DNA of 64,000 nucleotides from an uncultured Planctomycetota bacterium (GTDB taxonomy: Bacteria > Planctomycetota > Planctomycetia > Isosphaerales > Isosphaeraceae): assembly GCA_963823665.1 (NCBI GenBank), contig CAWGMQ010000003.1, positions 1,248,001 to 1,312,000 on the forward strand, read 5' to 3'. Under the pieces are notes generated by a model. It searched no databases. It saw nothing but the letters and a program-made list of their open reading frames with translations, and was not told the DNA's origin. This document shows positions 43,440 to 53,631 of the stretch, piece after piece. Both the position numbers and the translations under genes were made by a program. Within the stretch, counting starts at the first letter, position 1. Every line of letters starts with the position of its first letter.

Positions 43440-43705
43440 GGCTCGTCTTCATCCGCTGGGATTTCCGGAACATCCGGAAGCGGCATCGCTCCCGGTTTGG
43501 CGCGAACCCGAATTGTTGACGTCGGCAACGGAAACTCAACCCACGGGTCGAGCATCACGTCGGATTCGTCGTATCGGCACGGCGCTGGACCTCCGGCCGA
43601 ATCGAGCACACGCAGCTCGACCCAGTGACCGTTCACTTGGCAACTGTAGACGCGACCTGCTTCCAGATCGACCTGCGCGAGTGCTTCGACCAGTGAAAGC
43701 CCCAT
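43436..43705 (-). CDS. Small acidic hypothetical protein, possible antitoxin
   Basis: 89 aa, translationally coupled to the downstream gene (ATGA overlap). Confidence 0.55.
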   Translation of the reverse strand: MGLSLVEALAQVDLEAGRVYSCQVNGHWVELRVLDSAGGPAPCRYDESDVMLDPWVEFPLPTSTIRVRAKPGAMPLPDVPEIPADEDEP

Positions 43706-43797
43706 GAGTGCATCAATTGGTTCGAGAAAAGCTGGAATCCGCTTCGATAATACTCATTCTATACTCGATCGGCCCAGGATGGCAGGCCATCCGACCC

Positions 43798-44676
43798 TCA
43801 ATCGGCCAGCAGGAAGTCGAGCAAAGGCCGCGATTCATATAATACCTGCCCGCCATGCCCCAGGCCCGGGATCACGACAACCTTCGCACTACCTCCGAGC
43901 TTCTCGTACCGTTTCGCCACCTCGGTCGAATTCGCGGACATCGGAACCAGGTCATCCTTGTCACCGTGAATATGAAGGATCTTCACACCGGCCTTGGCCA
44001 GCGGGGCCAGGTTGTCGATCGGGTTGAACTCGGCCTGGCGGGCCGTCAGTTGATCGAGCGTCAGGTCGTACCCGAGTCCTTTGTCGGGTGCGGAGAGAAC
44101 CGTGGCCAGGCTCGGCGGCGGCCAGGTGCGGAAGTCGGTGACCGGGCAAATCCCGCCGATGCGGTCGACGCACTCCGGATGGCGAAAAGCCCAGGCGTAG
44201 CCGATCAATCCGCCGTTGCTCTGCACTTCCAGCCGCACCCGGCGCGAGAGGCCGTGCTCAGCCACCAGTTTTTCGTAGAACTCGTGGCACAAGCCGGCCG
44301 CAGCGGGGCTGCCGCAGGAGGTTCCCACGTCGATTCCCGCCACGCTGAACCCGGCGGCGAGGTATTGGGCGACATAGAACTCGTGGTGCAATCGCCCGTG
44401 GCCGTCGTTGACCCCCAGCCAGAACGGAAAGATCCACACCCACCGCTTCTGCGGGTCGACCTTGCCTTTGGGTTTCACGATGTAAGCATTGCGCTCGCGC
44501 ACTCGCATCACGACGAGCTCGCCGTTCTTGTAAGTACCGGAGATGCTGCTTGGAATGAGCTTGCGAACGTACTCCGCCTTCGGATCTGGTTTGGGCGTGC
44601 CATCCGAGGCGAATGAACGGGGGGCAAACTGTACCGCCGCAAGCACGGAGACCAAAGCAAGTAATCTGTTTTCCAT
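43798..44676 (-). CDS. Secreted alpha/beta-hydrolase (prolyl oligopeptidase-like)
   Basis: Signal peptide, QSNGG elbow, HIHGDKDDLVP, GLGH. Confidence 0.82.
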   Translation of the reverse strand: MENRLLALVSVLAAVQFAPRSFASDGTPKPDPKAEYVRKLIPSSISGTYKNGELVVMRVRERNAYIVKPKGKVDPQKRWVWIFPFWLGVNDGHGRLHHEFYVAQYLAAGFSVAGIDVGTSCGSPAAAGLCHEFYEKLVAEHGLSRRVRLEVQSNGGLIGYAWAFRHPECVDRIGGICPVTDFRTWPPPSLATVLSAPDKGLGYDLTLDQLTARQAEFNPIDNLAPLAKAGVKILHIHGDKDDLVPMSANSTEVAKRYEKLGGSAKVVVIPGLGHGGQVLYESRPLLDFLLAD

Positions 44677-44694
44677 ACGAGTATCCTAGCGACA

Positions 44695-45216
44695 TTATGG
44701 CGCTACCGGTCCCTCAGGCGGTTTGCGCCGGACGCCGTGCGCCGTCAACAACCGTTTGACAAAGTCTTCGCCGACGTCGCGGACATCGGTGTCGCTGTGG
44801 GCGACCGCCTTCTGAGCCAACTGCATCGCCAGTCCGCGGTCAAGCGTGCTGTAGAGTTCCAACATCATTTGATAATCGATGTAATCGGCGTCATCGGCAA
44901 GAAACGGCTGGGAGACTCGCTCAATATTCGCGAGGACCCAGTCCCTGGGCAAGGACGCAGCGATGACGTGTCGCGCGGCGCTTCCATACTTGATCGTGGA
45001 CGCTTTCCCCACCAGGTAGTCGAAGAACTCGAGCCTCTCCGGCATCGCGAGGAGGGGTATCAACGTGAACTTCATGGCGTCTTCATTGCCGGTTTTGGTA
45101 GTGTGCAAGATCCCGACACGATCACAGTCTTCAGCGAAAAACTCCTGGTAAAGCCGGAAAGCACTCAGATTGTTCTCCACGAGCTGCCGCCAGAGGACTT
45201 CGTCCCTTTCGGTCAT
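44695..45216 (-). CDS. Hypothetical all-helical protein (possible orphan immunity protein)
   Basis: 173-aa ORF with RBS AGGAGG, lower GC than neighbours, HEAT-like C-terminus. Confidence 0.55.
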   Translation of the reverse strand: MTERDEVLWRQLVENNLSAFRLYQEFFAEDCDRVGILHTTKTGNEDAMKFTLIPLLAMPERLEFFDYLVGKASTIKYGSAARHVIAASLPRDWVLANIERVSQPFLADDADYIDYQMMLELYSTLDRGLAMQLAQKAVAHSDTDVRDVGEDFVKRLLTAHGVRRKPPEGPVAP

Positions 45217-45440
45217 GGTGCGCCTCCTTTGGGTCAGAGGGTGCAGCGTCACCATCGAGATTACGCAAATTTCTCTCTTTCAGCCATTCGATCCGCGGAT
45301 CAGCCTGATGCGGAAGCGCATTCAGCTCGCCAAGCGCACGTGCGGGCCGACAGCAGAAACTCCCGCAGCGTTGCCATTTGCGGACGGTTGGGTCACAATT
45401 ACGATGATCGCCCGCACCACGGCATACGCGAATTCACACC

Positions 45441-48348
45441 ATGCTCTCGTCTGCTCTCCCTGCCATACCCTTTGCTTAACACCTCCACGGTGACAACTAA
45501 CAGCTTGGCCAGAGCCGCACTGCTTCTCGGGGCAATTGCCGTCACGACCGGCGCCTTCGCGACCGACGAGCCTTCGCTCGAATCCCGGTTAGATCCGATG
45601 GTGCGCCCGTTCCTGAAGCAGAACTGCCTCGCCTGCCACGGGCCCGAAAAACCGAAGGCCAAGCTCGACTTGAGCGTGTATGGCTCGGTGCCGTCAATCG
45701 TCAAGGACTACAAAGTGTGGGGGCTCGTGCGAGCCCGGCTCGAGGCAGACGAGATGCCGCCCGGGGAGGCCGGCCATCAGCCCACGAGGTGGAGCGGCGC
45801 GAGATGGTGGCCTGCATCACTACCTTGCTCGACCGCGAAGCCCAGAAGAACGCGGGCGATCCCGGGCCGGTGCTGGCGCGGCGGCTCAACAATGCCGAGC
45901 TCGACTACACGATCGCCGACCTGACGGGTGTCGACATCCACGTGACCAGGGAGTTTCCGGTTGACCCGGCGAACGAAGCCGGGCTTCGACAATTCGGGTG
46001 AATCGCTGGCCATGTCGCCGGCCCTGTTCAACAAATACCTGGCCGCGGCGAAGGCGGGTTGCCGACCACCTCGTGCTCGAGCCGGCCGGTTTCGAATTCG
46101 CTCCCGAGCCGGCGGTCACCGAAACCGACCGCGACAAGTACTGCGTCAGGCGAATCATCAACTTCTACGAGCGGCACAAGGTCGATTACGCACAGTACTT
46201 CCTGGCCGCCTGGCGATTTCAGAATCGCAGTGCACTCGGCAAACCAAACTCCGCCCTGAGCGACTTTGCGGCCGAAGCGGGCCTGAGCACGCCGTACCTC
46301 GCGACCGTATCGAAGGTGCTGGGAGCGAAATGGCCCGAATCGGGACCCATGGCAGAGCTTCAAGCGCTCTGGCGCAAGTTGCCGGCAGACGCAGAGCAGC
46401 AACCCGAAGCGCAGCGCGGGTGCGAGCGGATGCGCGACGTGGTGATTCGCCTGCGCAAAGGCCTCGAGACCCGGGTTCCCGAAATGCGGGCGCAGAGGCA
46501 TTTCGCCCGGCAGTCAGCCCTTCGTCCTGTGGCGGGCGCGGCGTCTTGCCTCGGGGCGGATGAGCGCGCCTGACGGAACAAGCCGCGAGCGACGTGAAGG
46601 AGTTTTGTCGCGTATTCCCTGACGCGTTCGTCGTGTCCGACCGTCCGCCCTACTTCGATCTGAAGGGGGGTTCTCAGGGAAGGCCGCTGTCGGCCGGGTT
46701 TCACCTGATGCAGGGCTACTTCCGCGACGACGCCTCACTCTGCGAGCTGGTTCTGGATGATGCCGCGCCGCCGCGAGCTCGATCGCCTCTGGCGCGAGCT
46801 CGAACTTCGTCACCGGTGCTCCGATGCGGCAGTATCGCGACTTCATCTTCTTCGAACGCGCCGAGCCGCCGCGCTATATGCGGGAATCGGCGTTCGACTT
46901 CGCACGATCCGAAGACAAAGACTCGATCAAGGCAGCGAAGTATCGAGCGGCTGCGCGACGCTTATCTGGCCAAGGCGCGCAAGAATCGGCGTGCAAGCCG
47001 AAGCTCTCAAAGCCATCGAGACGTATTTCGCCGAGATTTCAGGCCAAATTCGCCAGGTTGAGCAAGACCGGCTCGCCGCCGAACCGGCAATCTCGAGGCG
47101 CTTGGGAACTTCGCCGATCGTGCATACCGGCGCGGGCTCTCCGCGGCAGAGCGAAGCGATCTGATCGCCTTTTACAAATCGCTTCGCTCCCGGGACGGGC
47201 TTTCCCACGAAGATGCGATTCGGGATACGGTTGTGAGCGTGCTCCTCTCGCCGCACTTTGCCTATCGCCTCGACCTGGCTGTTCCAGGGTCTGCCGCGCG
47301 GCCGCTCTCAGGCGACGAGCTGGCCAGCCGCTTGAGCTACTTCCTCTGGTCGAGCATGCCCGACCAGGAGCTCTCTGTCCCACGCAATCTCCGGCGATCT
47401 GGTCCAGACACCGGTCCTGCTCGCGCAGACCCGGCGAATGCTTCGAGACGAACGGATTCGCCGTTTTGCCACCGAGTTTGCCGGGAACTGGCTCGGTTTC
47501 CGGCGATTCGAGGAACACAACGCGGTCGATCGCGAAGCGATTTCCCGCCTTCACAAATGAGCTTCGGCAGGCCATGTACGAAGAGCCGATTCGCCTGTTC
47601 GTCGACGTCGTTCGCCGCGATCGCTCGATTCTCGACCTGCTCTACGGCAACGACACCTTCGTCAACCCGGTTCTGGCCAGGCACTACGGCATGCCGGTTC
47701 CAAAGGGCGGCAATGACGAATGGGCACGGTCGATGATGCCGGCCGATTCGGGCGCGGGGGCTCTTGCCCATGTCCGTCTTCTTGACGGCCAGCTCGCCGG
47801 GCTTGCGCACCAGCCCGGTGAAGCGAGGATACTGGGTCGTTCGCAAGCTGCTGGGCGAGCGGATCCCACCGCCGCCGGCGGTCGTGCCAGAGCTTCCAAC
47901 GGATGAAGCCGCCACCGGCGAGCTCAGCCTGCCGCAGCTTCTGGCGCGGCACCGCTCCGACAAGAACTGCGCGAGCTGCCACCAGCGATTCGATTCGATC
48001 GGGCTGGTTTTCGAGGGCTACGGCCCGATCGGTGAGCGGCGCGATCGCGACCTGGGCAACCGCCCGGTCAGCCCCAAGGCCACGTTCCCTGATGGCAGCT
48101 CCGGAGACGGCCTTGCCGGGCTGCGCCGCTACATCGCCGACAGCCGGCAGGATGAGTTTGTCGATAATATCTGCCGCGAGCTGGTCGTGTATGCTCTGGG
48201 ACGGGGTTTGATCTTGTCGGATGAGCCCTTGGTCAAGTCGATGCGCGACCGCTTGTCTGCCGAGGGCCACCGATTCGACAGCATGATCGAAACGATCGTG
48301 GTCAGCCCCCAGTTCCGAAACAAACGGGGGCGGGACGATAGGCGTTAG
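45441..48348 (+). pseudogene. DUF1592/1588/1585 (PSD-family) planctomycete protein with multiple frameshifts
   Basis: CLACH, RRLNNAELDYTIADL, DELASRLSYFLWSSMPD, RTSPVKRG, CASCH..D.IG..FE, all spread across several frames. Confidence 0.85.
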
Positions 48349-48394
48349 AGCCAAATCGGCCAGTTCCTGGTCGAGCACCGCCCAAAGTGGGAAA

Positions 48395-48751
48395 ATGATG
48401 TTGAACACCTTCCACCATAGCGACAGGACTGGCTGGAACGCCGTGCGTGCACAAAAGGCTTGGTGTTTCAAGGCGAATCAACCGAAGCATTCTTCGCGAC
48501 CTGTCGGCGCTTACTTCACGGACATTGAACCGACAGAAGCCAACTTAAGAACTCTATACAAGCGCATACGGGTCCCGAAAGTAAAGCAGCACTACGTCTT
48601 CTGGTTTCTTGATATCGTCGGTTTGGAGCAACTAAACGGCGGACGCGGACGGGACCGACACATCTTCGTCTCGCGAGTCGACTATAATGTTGACGAGTCG
48701 CGTCAGAAATATGCCGGCGAGACGGCCGACATAATGGAGCAGTTTCGATGA
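48395..48751 (+). CDS. Small hypothetical protein, possibly an HYD1-like ADP-ribosyltransferase toxin
   Basis: N-terminal FHHSD..GWNAV and GAYFTDIEP resemble the Tox-ART-HYD1 H...YxTD pattern. Confidence 0.5.
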   Translation: MMLNTFHHSDRTGWNAVRAQKAWCFKANQPKHSSRPVGAYFTDIEPTEANLRTLYKRIRVPKVKQHYVFWFLDIVGLEQLNGGRGRDRHIFVSRVDYNVDESRQKYAGETADIMEQFR

Positions 48752-49134
48752 TCGGTGGAATCGACATTCCGATACCGACGAGGGCTGGGCCCATTTCGAT
48801 CGAGGTCGCGGTTCGAGCGATTCGGCAGAAGTGGCCTCATGCCGAGTACGAGAACGGTTTGACAGGAGAGCGGTACAGCCAGTTCTGTCAAATTCCGTTC
48901 GGCGAACTCGAGGAGGTTTTCGTTTATCGTGACCACGAATCGGCTGATCGCTGGGAAGCAGAAGGTGCGGTCCCATCGCTCGAAAATACAATGATCCATC
49001 TAGTCGCTGACCGTGACCTGGTCACGGTGGTAGTCGATCTGAGGGACGCCGCAATGGAGGAAGTCGTTGCCGCCATTTCATCGGCGCTCGGCGATAACAT
49101 TTTCTGCATTCCAGCGGAACTGGTGGCGGCATGA
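48748..49134 (+). CDS. Acidic hypothetical protein, possible immunity/antitoxin
   Basis: 128 aa; ATGA overlap with the upstream gene. Confidence 0.6.
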   Translation: MIGGIDIPIPTRAGPISIEVAVRAIRQKWPHAEYENGLTGERYSQFCQIPFGELEEVFVYRDHESADRWEAEGAVPSLENTMIHLVADRDLVTVVVDLRDAAMEEVVAAISSALGDNIFCIPAELVAA

Positions 49135-49646
49135 GCGCTTCAACCGTTTCTCCATCAACCCTCGAAGAGACGATCAGACAATCCGGAGAGGGAAGGCTCC
49201 TAGATTCGTTCCCACTGCAAGAGAAGGAAATGGAACGAATCCGTCGGACGCTCGATGCGGTGAACAATCTAGCCAAGAAGCGGCTTGGCGGGGATGCGCC
49301 GGACATCTCAGAGCGAGCTCTCATTGAAGAATTCCGCCGGAACCCACAACGGGTGCGAGGCTTTTTTCAGGCGCTGGGAGGCACGCGCACCCCGGAGATG
49401 CTGCTGATGGTGTGGCGAATCATGCAGGGCATGGAGATAAAGGATCTCGAGGTCGGCTATCGCCGGCAAGAGGAATTCAACATGACGGTCGTTCTGGAAT
49501 CGCCCTACGGAGTGGAAGACGCTCCATATACATCAAATAACATCAATGATTTTACGCTATTTCGCCACATCGGTGTTCTCGAAATCAGTGGTCGGCCCGT
49601 TTTTGATGGTTTCTATGCATTAACGGCGCGAGCGGCCAAGGGCTAA
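49131..49646 (+). CDS. Hypothetical protein
   Basis: 171 aa; ATGA overlap; third gene of a coupled operon. Confidence 0.6.
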   Translation: MSASTVSPSTLEETIRQSGEGRLLDSFPLQEKEMERIRRTLDAVNNLAKKRLGGDAPDISERALIEEFRRNPQRVRGFFQALGGTRTPEMLLMVWRIMQGMEIKDLEVGYRRQEEFNMTVVLESPYGVEDAPYTSNNINDFTLFRHIGVLEISGRPVFDGFYALTARAAKG

Positions 49647-49721
49647 TTGATCGCGTAAATTGGCGCCTGCACGTTCGTGGACTATTTGAGAAACGGTGTG
49701 GAACTGGTTGGGGAACAAAGC

Positions 49722-51059
49722 ATGAAACCGCAGTCCAGGATCAGTCGCCGCACGGTGCTCCGCGGGATGGGCGTGACCATGGCCCTGCCCTGGCTGGAAT
49801 CGATTCCCGTTTGGGGTATGGAGGCCGCTCCCGACGGTGCCGTTCAAGCCTTCCCGAAGCGGTTTGCCGCGCTCTTCATGGGCAACGGCATCAACCCCAA
49901 GCACTGGTCGGCAAAGGGCGCCGGCAAGGACATGGAGCTGTCCAAGTCGCTTCAGCCGATGCTGCCCTATCGCGAGAAGCTCAACGTGATCTCGGGGCTC
50001 TTCAACAAGCACGCCACCGGTGTGGGCATACATCCCGGGCAGACGGGCAACATTCTCTCGGGGGCCGCACTTCAAAGGGGGGCAGTGCTCAAGGGAGGCG
50101 TGAGCATGGACCAGGTGCTTGCCGCGCGCCTGGGCGAAGAAACCGCCGTCGCCAGTCTGGTGCTCGGCTGCGAGCAGCCGATCACCGGCTATCACGAGAC
50201 CAACTTTTCGATGGCGTATAGCTCGCATATTTCATGGCAGGACGCACTTTCGCCGGTGCCGATGGAAGTTTACCCGTCGCTCGCTTTTGACAGCCTGTTC
50301 GACAACCAGGGAAACCGGCGCAACCAGAGCATCCTCGACCGCGTCAAGGAGCAGGCCGCCGAGCTCAACAAGCGAGTCAGCCGCGGCGACCAGGCCAAGC
50401 TCGATGAATATCTCACCAGCGTGCGCGAAGTTGAAAAGCGGGCCGGACGCACCCGGAACGTGAAGGAACGGGCCGACGAGCGAGCGGCAAGCCGTGGGCG
50501 CCTGGCCGCGACGATGCCTCGCCCCGACAACGGCTTGCCGGAAGATATCCGCGAGCACATGAAACTGATGTGCGACATCATCGCGCTGGCCTTCCAGACC
50601 GACAAGACAAGAGTCGCGACCCTTCTGTTGTGCCGCGATCTCTCGGGACTTTTCTACCCGTTCCTCGATGTTCGAACGGCCCATCACCCCTCGTCGCACG
50701 ACGACCAGTCGGATGCCTACGAACGAGTTTCGCGCTACTACGTGAGCCAGCTCGCCTACCTGGCCGGCCGGCTGGACGCCATGAAGGAGGGCGAGCAGAC
50801 GGTCCTCGACCACTCCTGCTTGATGTTCATCTCCAACATGTGGTCGGGGAGCCGCCACGATTCCACCAAGGTGCCGCTTCTGCTCGCGGGCGGCCTCGGC
50901 GGCTCGCTTGAAACCGGCCGCGTCCTCGACTATAGGGAAAAGAGTGATGAAGAGCGCAAGCTCTGCAGTCTGTATCTCTCGCTCATGGATCGGATGGGCG
51001 TGAAGCAGAAACGGTTTGGTGACGCAGACGAGCCTCTGGCGGGGCTGGGTGCGGGCTGA
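49722..51059 (+). CDS. DUF1552 (HXXSHH) family protein
   Basis: Tat-like SRRTVLRGMG..ALPWLE, SMDQ, HHPSSH, LDHS, LLAGG. Confidence 0.92.
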   Translation: MKPQSRISRRTVLRGMGVTMALPWLESIPVWGMEAAPDGAVQAFPKRFAALFMGNGINPKHWSAKGAGKDMELSKSLQPMLPYREKLNVISGLFNKHATGVGIHPGQTGNILSGAALQRGAVLKGGVSMDQVLAARLGEETAVASLVLGCEQPITGYHETNFSMAYSSHISWQDALSPVPMEVYPSLAFDSLFDNQGNRRNQSILDRVKEQAAELNKRVSRGDQAKLDEYLTSVREVEKRAGRTRNVKERADERAASRGRLAATMPRPDNGLPEDIREHMKLMCDIIALAFQTDKTRVATLLLCRDLSGLFYPFLDVRTAHHPSSHDDQSDAYERVSRYYVSQLAYLAGRLDAMKEGEQTVLDHSCLMFISNMWSGSRHDSTKVPLLLAGGLGGSLETGRVLDYREKSDEERKLCSLYLSLMDRMGVKQKRFGDADEPLAGLGAG

Positions 51060-51115
51060 TTCCACAGACAATGGCAAATAACCTCCGACCGCTTCACTCC
51101 TCGAAAGGACCGACG

Positions 51116-51928
51116 ATGGGCGAATCGACCCTCCCTATGAACGAGCCGGAGATTCGATCCCGACATACGCGCAAGCCAACGGCGGGCGCGCTATTGTGCA
51201 TCGTCCTGGGCGGCATTCTCGGCGCCGGCGGTGCAGAAAAAGTTCAAGATTCAGCCGAGGAAAAGGCCGCCGCCGCCATCGAGAAACTAGGCGGGACGGT
51301 CTTGCGCAGCGAGACGGTGCCCGACCGGCCGGTGACCGGGATCGACCTCGACGACACCCAGGCCGGCGACGATGATCTGGCGCTTCTGGAACACTTTCCG
51401 CATCTTCAAACGCTCACGCTTGAGGAGACACGGATCACAAACGACGGTCTGCGCCACATCGAACGACTCACCGGTCTGACGGACCTCTGTCTGGACCAGA
51501 CCGCGGTCTCTGACGGGGGTCTTGCGCACGTGAAGCCGCTCGTCAACCTTCGCAAGCTCAGTTTCGACCACACGGCGGTGACCGATGCCGGGCTCGCTCA
51601 GTTGAAGGGCTTGAAGCAGCTTGAGAACCTCGTCCTGACGGCAACCAAGATCACCGATGCCGGCCTCGTCCAGTTGAAAAACATGCCACGTCTGCAATGG
51701 CTCTTTCTGGAAGATACCGCGATCACCGACGCCGGCCTGGTCCAGTTGAAGAGCCTCAAGAGGCTGGAATTCCTGCTTCTGAACAAGACGGCCGTCACCG
51801 ACGCCGGACTGAAGCACCTGGAAGGGCTCACCGAGCTGGAGCTGGTCTCTCTGCATAACACGGGCGTGACCGACGCAGGGGTCGACGCGCTCCAGAAGTC
51901 GCTGCCGAAAGCCAAGGTTTATCACTGA
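51116..51928 (+). CDS. Leucine-rich repeat protein (24-aa repeats)
   Basis: About seven LxxLxLxxTxVTDAGLxxL repeats after a hydrophobic leader. Confidence 0.9.
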   Translation: MGESTLPMNEPEIRSRHTRKPTAGALLCIVLGGILGAGGAEKVQDSAEEKAAAAIEKLGGTVLRSETVPDRPVTGIDLDDTQAGDDDLALLEHFPHLQTLTLEETRITNDGLRHIERLTGLTDLCLDQTAVSDGGLAHVKPLVNLRKLSFDHTAVTDAGLAQLKGLKQLENLVLTATKITDAGLVQLKNMPRLQWLFLEDTAITDAGLVQLKSLKRLEFLLLNKTAVTDAGLKHLEGLTELELVSLHNTGVTDAGVDALQKSLPKAKVYH

Positions 51929-51958
51929 GTTTATCGGCGAACGACGCAGGTACCGAGC

Positions 51959-52651
51959 ATGCGGCGGTTTTCGATACGCGGTGCGATGAGCGTGATTCTG
52001 GTTTGCGCGGTCGGTCTGGCCGCGCTCCGAAATGCGAATGAGTTCTGGGCCGGTGTCATGGTGTTGGTGACAATGGGGCTCCTGGGAACCGCGCTGCTTG
52101 GGGTGATCCACCAGCAAGGAACCGGCCGCGCCTGGTGGCTTGGCTTCGGCGTCTTCGCCGGCGGTTATCTGATGCTCGCGCTCGGTCCGTGGTTTTCAGA
52201 ACACATCCAGCCGACGCTTGCGACGACGCAACTGCTCGGCTATGTGCACCTGCAAGTTACGGCCGCAACAGTGCCGCGGTCCTCGAATCTTCAAATGCTG
52301 CGGGACCGTCGTGAAACTCTCGCGGTCGAACGGGCAAGCATCAAGAAACTCGTGAGAAGCGCGAACGATCCTGCTCTCAAAAGGAAACAGCGCGAACTCG
52401 ATTCCGTTGACATCCAGATCACGCAGATTCAAGGATTTCCCTCCTCACCGACCGCGATTGCTCCAATCGTGGGCGGAGCGGGTGGTGCGCCGCCGAGCGG
52501 CTGGCAAGTTGCTCTGCCAGGGGCCGCGAATTTCGACCAGTTCTTACGGGTTGGGCATTGGCTGTCCGCGCTGCTCGCAGGGTTGGGGGGCGCTTTCATT
52601 TCGGTGCAACTTTTCGCGAGTCGCGACTCGTCTGAGGAGGTCCGCGGATGA
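51959..52651 (+). CDS. Planctomycete membrane protein
   Basis: MRRFSIRG.M..I...AVGLAALR leader, several TM helices, F.RVGH near the C-terminus. Confidence 0.7.
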   Translation: MRRFSIRGAMSVILVCAVGLAALRNANEFWAGVMVLVTMGLLGTALLGVIHQQGTGRAWWLGFGVFAGGYLMLALGPWFSEHIQPTLATTQLLGYVHLQVTAATVPRSSNLQMLRDRRETLAVERASIKKLVRSANDPALKRKQRELDSVDIQITQIQGFPSSPTAIAPIVGGAGGAPPSGWQVALPGAANFDQFLRVGHWLSALLAGLGGAFISVQLFASRDSSEEVRG

Positions 52652-53322
52652 GTGCGCGCCCGCTCTGTTACACCGAACCCGGCGGCCATCCCACAAACGA
52701 AGACGCATTCGAGGTCATTCAGCACCCGGGCGAGCCGTCGTGTTGGATCGGAGCATTGGCGGACGGCCAGGGAGGCCAGTCCGGCGGGGGCGACGCGGCA
52801 CGATTGGCCTGTCGGGTGGTGATCGAGGCAATCTCAGCTCACCGCATCGCATCTGTGGCAACGGCCGGAACGTGGATCGAGGTCCTCCGTCAAGCCGATA
52901 AACTTGTGTGCGCGGACCGAATCGCAGGGTACACCACGTTGATCGGCTTCGCGGTTGCCAGCGGTCACGTGATTGGTGCGTCAAACGGAGATAGTGCGCT
53001 CTGGCTCGGATGGGAAAATGGCCGCATCAACGACCTGACGGAACACCAGGCCAAGCACCCGCCGATCGGATCCGGCTTTGCACGACCGACGCCGTTCGCT
53101 GCCAAGCTTCCATCGTGTTGGGCCATCCTGGCGATGTCGGACGGCGTGTGGAAAGCCGTGGGCCGTGGCCGCGCCGCAGAACTGCTTAACCAGTGCCGGG
53201 GCCAGGCGCTCATCGACACGCTCCTGTCCGAAGCCAGACTTCCCTGGAGCGGCGGATTGGGGGACGACTTCACGGCGGTCGTGCTGGAAGAGCAGGGAAG
53301 ATCAGGCGCGCTTGAATCGTAA
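52648..53322 (+). CDS. PP2C/SpoIIE-like phosphatase
   Basis: NEDAF, LADGQGG, NGDS, MSDGVW, DDFT. Confidence 0.85.
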   Translation: MSARPLCYTEPGGHPTNEDAFEVIQHPGEPSCWIGALADGQGGQSGGGDAARLACRVVIEAISAHRIASVATAGTWIEVLRQADKLVCADRIAGYTTLIGFAVASGHVIGASNGDSALWLGWENGRINDLTEHQAKHPPIGSGFARPTPFAAKLPSCWAILAMSDGVWKAVGRGRAAELLNQCRGQALIDTLLSEARLPWSGGLGDDFTAVVLEEQGRSGALES

Positions 53323-53631
53323 CAGCTCGAAACGCGACAGTACTTGTGCGTGATCTTGAGGAGTGGTTTATCATCAGAGGCGGCGAGCCTCTACCGCGGG
53401 TTTACGTCTCCTCTCGATCGAACAACGCCTGACGGTTACAACAACGTGCTTCGGCGTCGTGATGCCTTCCTCTGTGTCGCGGAGCGATCAGGCATCCCGG
53501 AACGGAAGCCCGGTGACTTCGCTCCGGCGACTTTCTGAAAAACCCAGACCTTTTGCGACGGCGAGAACCTCTAATCAGGTAGGATTCGGCCAACCGCGTG
53601 ATCGATCCGTGAGAAACGAGCGCGTGCAGTC

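Noticed and set aside
51340..51900. 72-bp periodic DNA repeats
   Set aside because: Fully explained by 24-aa leucine-rich repeats in the coding sequence.
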